A DNA stretch of 56,508 bases from Girardia tigrina (lineage: Eukaryota): assembly GCA_001938485.1 (NCBI GenBank), contig MQRK01180223.1:12392-68899 (forward strand). The letters run 5' to 3'. The position numbers were made by a program, and so were the translations under genes. Shown here piece by piece: positions 50,256-56,508 of the stretch (positions are counted from its first letter, which is position 1; each line of letters opens with the position of its first letter). The notes beneath the pieces were generated by a model. The model saw only the letters and a program-made list of their open reading frames with translations, was not told the DNA's origin and ran no database searches.

Positions 50256-52455
50256 CGTTGTTAAACAAAATATTAAATTGTTTAATTTATTAATGATTAT
50301 AAAAAGTAAATTAATTAAATGTTTAATTATTAAAATTTTGTAAAAATTAAAATCTGGTAATCATTATGATAATTTAATTAATAAAAATAATTATGCATAA
50401 TAATAAGCTTATGCATAATAATATAGTAATCTCTTAATAAGTAAGTAGAAGATTTAAAAAAATATTTTTTTCAATAAAAACATTGTAACAGATAATAAAT
50501 GCGAGTAAAAGAATAATAAATATGAAGTAACATAAGGATAATTACTTATAAAATTTTTTAAAAAGCATCTGAGTCTCTAATATTTACTTTATACGGTGAT
50601 TAGAAGTGGCCATTATGTCAAACAAATATGTTCTACAATCACGCCTGGGTTGTTTTTTTACAAAGTAATTGATCAACATTTATATGTTAACAAGGTACTT
50701 TAATATTAATATGTTCCTTTTATGAAAAGTTTGTTTGTTTTCTCTTTGTTGTTCAACTGGAATATCATATTTGCTGTAAAAAATGTTATTCTTATTTTAT
50801 TATAATATAAAATTATATAAAAATATTTATCTATTAAATGTCACTTAAATTTATTTCAGTAATAAAAATAAATATTATAAATAAATATTATGCAAAATGT
50901 TAACATTAAATTAATTAAACAAAAAATTAATCTAACATTTTAAAATTTCATTTTATTTACAATTAAAAATAAATACAATAAATTTATTTTATTTTATTCA
51001 TTCGTTGAAATATTATGTGAAAGTTCTTGTAAGACAATTTTAATTAATTTTAAAGGACATTTATATATTTTAAATATTTTATCTTAAAAGCCTATCTAAA
51101 GTATTCCCGGTTGGTCCTATGAATACATTTCATTTTAATGTTTCTGTTACAAATTGATTTCATCACTTCTAAAAATGTTTTAAAAATCAAGAATGTTTCG
51201 CAATTTTCAAAATAAAAGTAAATGAAGATTAAAAATGAAATATACCACAAATCACTGAAATATAAAATCAATGAAAAACATTTGAAGCAGTACCAAAGTA
51301 TTAATATTACAAATTATACCTTTCCCACAAATATTCATAATATTAATATTAAACCTATATTAGTATAAGATATTCTTTGTAATTAAATGACTTAAGAGCT
51401 GTGATCTGTAGATTTGAAACATTCTGAGGAACAAGGTAATCTTTTTTTCAGAAGAAGTTGTATAAACACTGTTCTACATTGGAAATAAATAATTTCAAAA
51501 ATTTAAAAATATTTTAAATTGAATTTTTACAAAAAAAATTGAATTTGAAATTTTTAAAATATATTTTATTTATTAAAAAATGATAATTATTAACTCTTTC
51601 TGTGAATCTGGAAAATTCTCTTTAGTTTGTTTTAATTGAAATAGTTGCTTGACAACATGAGTGTTATTACGAATATATCTGTTTTTAATTATACTTATGC
51701 GCATAGAGGATCGTAAATATCATTACTATGCTCCTAAAATATCAATAGAAATATTGGGACGTTGTTTTAATATTCATAATGTTTGCATTAGTTTTAAATA
51801 AACTAATTAATTGTCCTTATGTCTGATTCTGCTTACAATCAATGTGTGTTTAGAAACGCATGGGTTCAGATGATTGAATTAAATTAAACAGAAATTTCCA
51901 TTTTCATAATTATAATCTTTTAAAAATGTATTTCAAAAATATTCTTTAAACAAAATATAACAATAAAATACAAAATTACTAACTCTTAGCATTATAGTAT
52001 AAATAATTAATGAAGCCTTCATTAATTTACTTAAATAAGATAGTATCCAAATAGTTTTTGTCTTACATATAGATAAAAATTTAATGTACTGTAAATAATT
52101 CATACAACCTCAATTTCATACCACTCTTAAAAATGTTTCTTAAATCATGAAAAAAATACAATTTTCCTTTTGTTCTGGGGCGAAAAACTAAATGTTTTGC
52201 TGTAATAAAAAGGAAAATTATTATATTGAAAAATATTATTTCTTGAGACAATTCCAATTAATTCATTTCATTATTTTCTTTTGCAGAAAATTAATAAATA
52301 CATTAACTAATATTTCATTATTAATTGAAAAAGAATCAATAATTCTTTTTATAAATTGTGATGAATTTCATTATTTTCAACTTAAGTACAGGGTTTAAAA
52401 ACAAATTTATCTATCTGAAGTAGACACATTAGAAATCTTGATAAGGCTTTAAATA

Positions 52456-52512
52456 TTGTTCGATACAGTGCCCAGGTTTCCCTAGAGACTGACCGGTGGT
52501 AGTAGAGACGCA
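52456..52512 (+). repeat. GC-rich dispersed repeat (other copies 55777-55885 +, 56140-56222 -)
   Basis: Shared tgttc..ccagg....cctagagac..ggt.(a/g)tag(c/t)aga..cgca pattern. Confidence 0.6.
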
Positions 52513-52929
52513 GTGAATGTGAAGCTCTGGCCTTTTTTGATGGGCGCATTTGAAAATATTTTTAAGCCAGATCATCATTTGGCTGAAGCGAAAATTTTTT
52601 TCATCATTAATATCAGATCAAATCAAAAGAACTCAAAGTTCGATCACAAAATTAGTTTATTTATGAATTTCTAAAAAATTCAAATTACTTTTTAATATTA
52701 GTTTTACAATCACGAGAAAATAATTCAAATCTTTTTAAAAATACACCAAACAAAAAGTAAAATCGTGAAAAAAATGTCGATTAATAAAAATAAATTTGTT
52801 AAATCGTAATATCGTGATATAAAACAATTCAATCGTTTTCAACAAATTTTGAGATCAAAAAATTTTAGCTTAAAATATCATAATATTGCAAAAAAATATG
52901 TTCAAAGTGATTTTTTATAAATCCCCTGA

Positions 52930-53450
52930 GTTTACGAAACTCGCTCTGATTGATTGACCTATCATAGTGACATATTTGACTCGATTTCATTCCAGACATT
53001 GGTCTCTCGTTACACCAACTCTAAATACAACAACTGATAGTCGAACTATTGAGTCCAACTCGTGAATCACTGTATGCAACCGTCTCCAGTAAACCACAAG
53101 CTGATATATCAAAAAGTTTGTCCAAATTTGCATCCAATTTTTTTTACTTGCTTTTCCATGATGTCTATTAATATCTTACAAGGAAGAACAAGTCTTTGAG
53201 TTTTCGATTAATAGATTTACCGGTAAGCAAAGGTAGTCTAGGAGTCACTGACGACCAGATTGACTTCAATTCTGTGGTGGTCTGATTTACATAGAACAGG
53301 TTGAGTGTAAATTAGGTAGTAGTAGTACTGAATCAGCTATCCGTAAGTAGATGGATCTGTTGGCTGCAATTCACAAGGACCACCTCCAAACGTCTCTTCA
53401 ATTGCCTGTTACATCAATCGTCGTTTCTTTGCTTTAGGTCATAATAATCA
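52930..53450 (+). mobile_element. Possible non-LTR thumb relic
   Basis: LIDLPVSKGSLGV resembles LP.S.GGLG; many stops. Confidence 0.35.
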
Positions 53451-53717
53451 ATTCAATAAATTATCTACAGTAAAGAAATTAAAAAGGAATTAAATTAAAA
53501 GAATTAATTAAGGAATTAAAAGCCATCAGATAACCTTCTAGCAGATTCGATAATTATCCAGTAACTAAGCGTAAGCTCTAGTATATTCTATTGTTGATCC
53601 GTGGAGATATTTAATTTCGTTGCTATTAGTAATAATATGACGTAATATATTTATATAGGTCAAGTGAATACCTAGAAAAAGAGTTATTTAGGTCGGAAAA
53701 CGTACTTTATCATAAGC

Positions 53718-53935
53718 TGTGTATAGAAGTTATAAAACAATTTTGAATAAATTTTAAAATAAATTTTAATTTGCAAGATTTTAAAAATTGAATCGAAAAA
53801 CTATAATAGATTTATTTGTGGCGGGATAATTAAATTAACAGAAAAATTTGTTTAAATATGTGAATTGTTGTTATATTAATAAATTTTGTTGTTAAAAAAT
53901 GAATTCTGATGTTGATGTCGCAACCACTTCTCACT
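53718..53935 (+). mobile_element. Solo LTR related to family B
   Basis: TG start, gcaaccacttctcac end, aligns to 48690-48914; flanks aagc/cagc. Confidence 0.75.
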
Positions 53936-56461
53936 CAGCAATTACACAAATTCGGAATAACACACACACGCATATATATATATATATATATATAACCAGC
54001 AACAATTCAGCTATAAAAAACAATCAGTAATATTATCATTTAATAATCGATAAAGTTTCTGGTATGATTAAATTGTCTTTGGATAGTAAGATATTTGAAA
54101 TATGAATATAGTAATAAATATAAATAGAGAATAATACTTAAACCTAAATTTCGAATGCAGGATTATTTGAACTTAAAAAATATAAAAAAAGATGCCTTAT
54201 TAAAAAGGCAAGATTTATATTATCGCTATTTTTAAAAATGATTGGTACCCTTTAGATTTCCTTATTCACAAACTACACTTAAAATATCGATCTAACTTCA
54301 GGTGATATACATTTACACTTTAAAGTTTTGAAGTACCACTAGAAACACGGAACCAAACATAAATTAGGATTAATATTGCAAAAAAATACAAATACTGTCA
54401 AAAGAAGATTATTATTCATTTTATTTTAATAGTTGTGATAAATTATTCAAAAAAGTTAAAATTAATTCTAAGAAAGATGAGCAACTTAAATGTTGGACGA
54501 AAAAGAAAATGTTGGAAAAGAAGGGAAATGTTCTTTAATTTAATAATAAAAAATAGTTTTCGGTTTTTTTTCCAACTATTATTATTTCTGTTTAAATGTG
54601 TGTATATTATATTTGATCAATAAAATGAATAATAAATAAAACATCTTCTTTGATAGCGTCTGACAAAGTCATCATAACACTAACAATATGTCAGCATAAT
54701 TGATTATTTGTATATATTTGGTAATCAAATTTATTTATTTAAATATTTAAATAATAAATTGTTTGAATTCTAAAACTTTTAAGCATATATTTTTACGTCA
54801 AAGTAAAATATATAATTAAAATTTGTTTTTCCCAAAGAATGTTTAAAAAAATAGAATAAATATTTCTCTCGACTCAATTATTAGTATAATTAAACAATGT
54901 TTATAAAATATGATGAATATTATATTTACATAAAATGAAATCTATATTTGATTATTTCTTGACAAAATAAATAACTTTTGTGAAGAATAATATATAAATT
55001 TTTTTCATATTTCTCTGAATTATTTAAAAGTAAAATATTGTTATAAACTTTATTTACTGAAAATAGCGAATACTTAAAATTTTAGTCTGAACATTTAAAT
55101 GTAACAGAAATTAATTTATACATAATAATCAACGAAAGTTATTAAAAAATCTAACAAAATAATTATCAATTATGTATAATATATAAAATATTATAAAATA
55201 TTATATTATATATTAAATTTAAAAGGTAGAATTGTAATACATAATAGATCAAATATACTAGATTATATTTTTGTCCATTTGCTGGAACTATGTATATTAC
55301 ATCGTACATATATCTCATTTATCTGTTTGTGATTGTAAGATGTAACCAAAGATGTAAAACAATTAAACTGTGAGGATTTGAACTCAAATTGGACTGTAAA
55401 TTGAGCATGAATAATTTTTTCTTTGATATTTATATTTTTCATCGGAACTATTAAAAAATATAAATGAAGATAATAACCATATGTTTAGAGAATTTTTCCT
55501 ATAGCTTTGTGTGATATGAAAAAAATAAAATGGAACTATACTCGAATACGATGCAAATTGCAAACCAAAGTTTTTGTGATAAAATGTTAGAGGTTGGTGA
55601 TTCAAGAACTACGAAAACTGTTTAATTACATTTCCTGTGTACATGCTTTTTTTTTAAACTTCCCTCCAATACAATTGATGTAGATCATATTTTAACAAAT
55701 TATAAATATTTTATAATTTTTATGGCAGATCTTAATTAAAGATCTTAGTCGATTTTTATGCATCATTTATTATAAATGTTCTGGTTGATGCCCAAGTTGT
55801 CCCAAAGATCGGACAGGGGTAGCAGATTCGCATCGTCAAAGAGTGATTTTAAGCTCAGAAGTTTTTAGTTCGTGCTGAGTACATTTTATTATTAACGAAT
55901 TGTTGTTTGAATTCTTTTACGAATTTAATTTATCAAACAAAATTATTTTTTACGAATTTTAACTTTTCCTATTTTTGAACGAATAGAATTAACTGTTTCT
56001 GAATTTATATTTCGATTTTGTGTTCAATTTTCTATTTTCATATTTTATTAAACAAAACATGTTATATCTACATTTGTTTTAAATTTTATTTCTAAAAAAT
56101 TTAAATAATTTGAAAACAACTTATCAATAAGTATAAATTGACTCAGCACAAACTGTCCGATCCGATGCGGCTCTGCTATCACCACTGAGTCTCTAGGGCG
56201 GCCTGGAGACAGCACCGAACAATAATAAATTATGAACTCTGAACTTTTAAACTGTTCTTGACCCTTTTTTGTCGGGTCCATCAATTCTATTTATAAGCAA
56301 CCTGAATGGATTTTTGAAATTTGTTTAATAATCCACATAATGTTTAAAATAAATTAGAATGTTATTGAATTAATATTATTTTCCTGGCTTTCGAACAGGT
56401 ATTACGAGAGGATAACATTTATACAGAAAGAAAAGTGATTTTTTATGTATAGACGGATTTA

Positions 56462-56499
<38 letters not shown>

Positions 56500-56508
56500 T
56501 ATATATAT

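Overview
Very AT-rich eukaryotic scaffold (GT-AG introns, animal-type transposon families, N gaps, (TA)n microsatellites). It is almost entirely a transposon graveyard and I found no intact host gene. Recognisable contents are two Gypsy-type LTR families, RLE-type (R2/NeSL-like) non-LTR fragments, Penelope GIY-YIG fragments with minimal hammerhead ribozymes, hAT (Buster/Charlie and ZMYM1-like), four mariners, a Tigger/pogo, a probable Chapaev3, a MULE-like foldback element and a piggyBac-type MITE. Non-transposon items are an RBMX2-like pseudogene and an isolated ~80-nt SSU rRNA fragment. The most notable observations are: (i) an LTR family with non-canonical TG...TA ends and 5-bp TSDs, oriented by its contact with a Gypsy integrase and PPT; (ii) short hammerhead-bearing units sitting inside (TA)n; (iii) two RLE domains sharing unusual motif substitutions; (iv) a multi-layer nested insertion stack at 45.3-50.3 kb. 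All calls come from manual reading and remembered family motifs; no searches were run.
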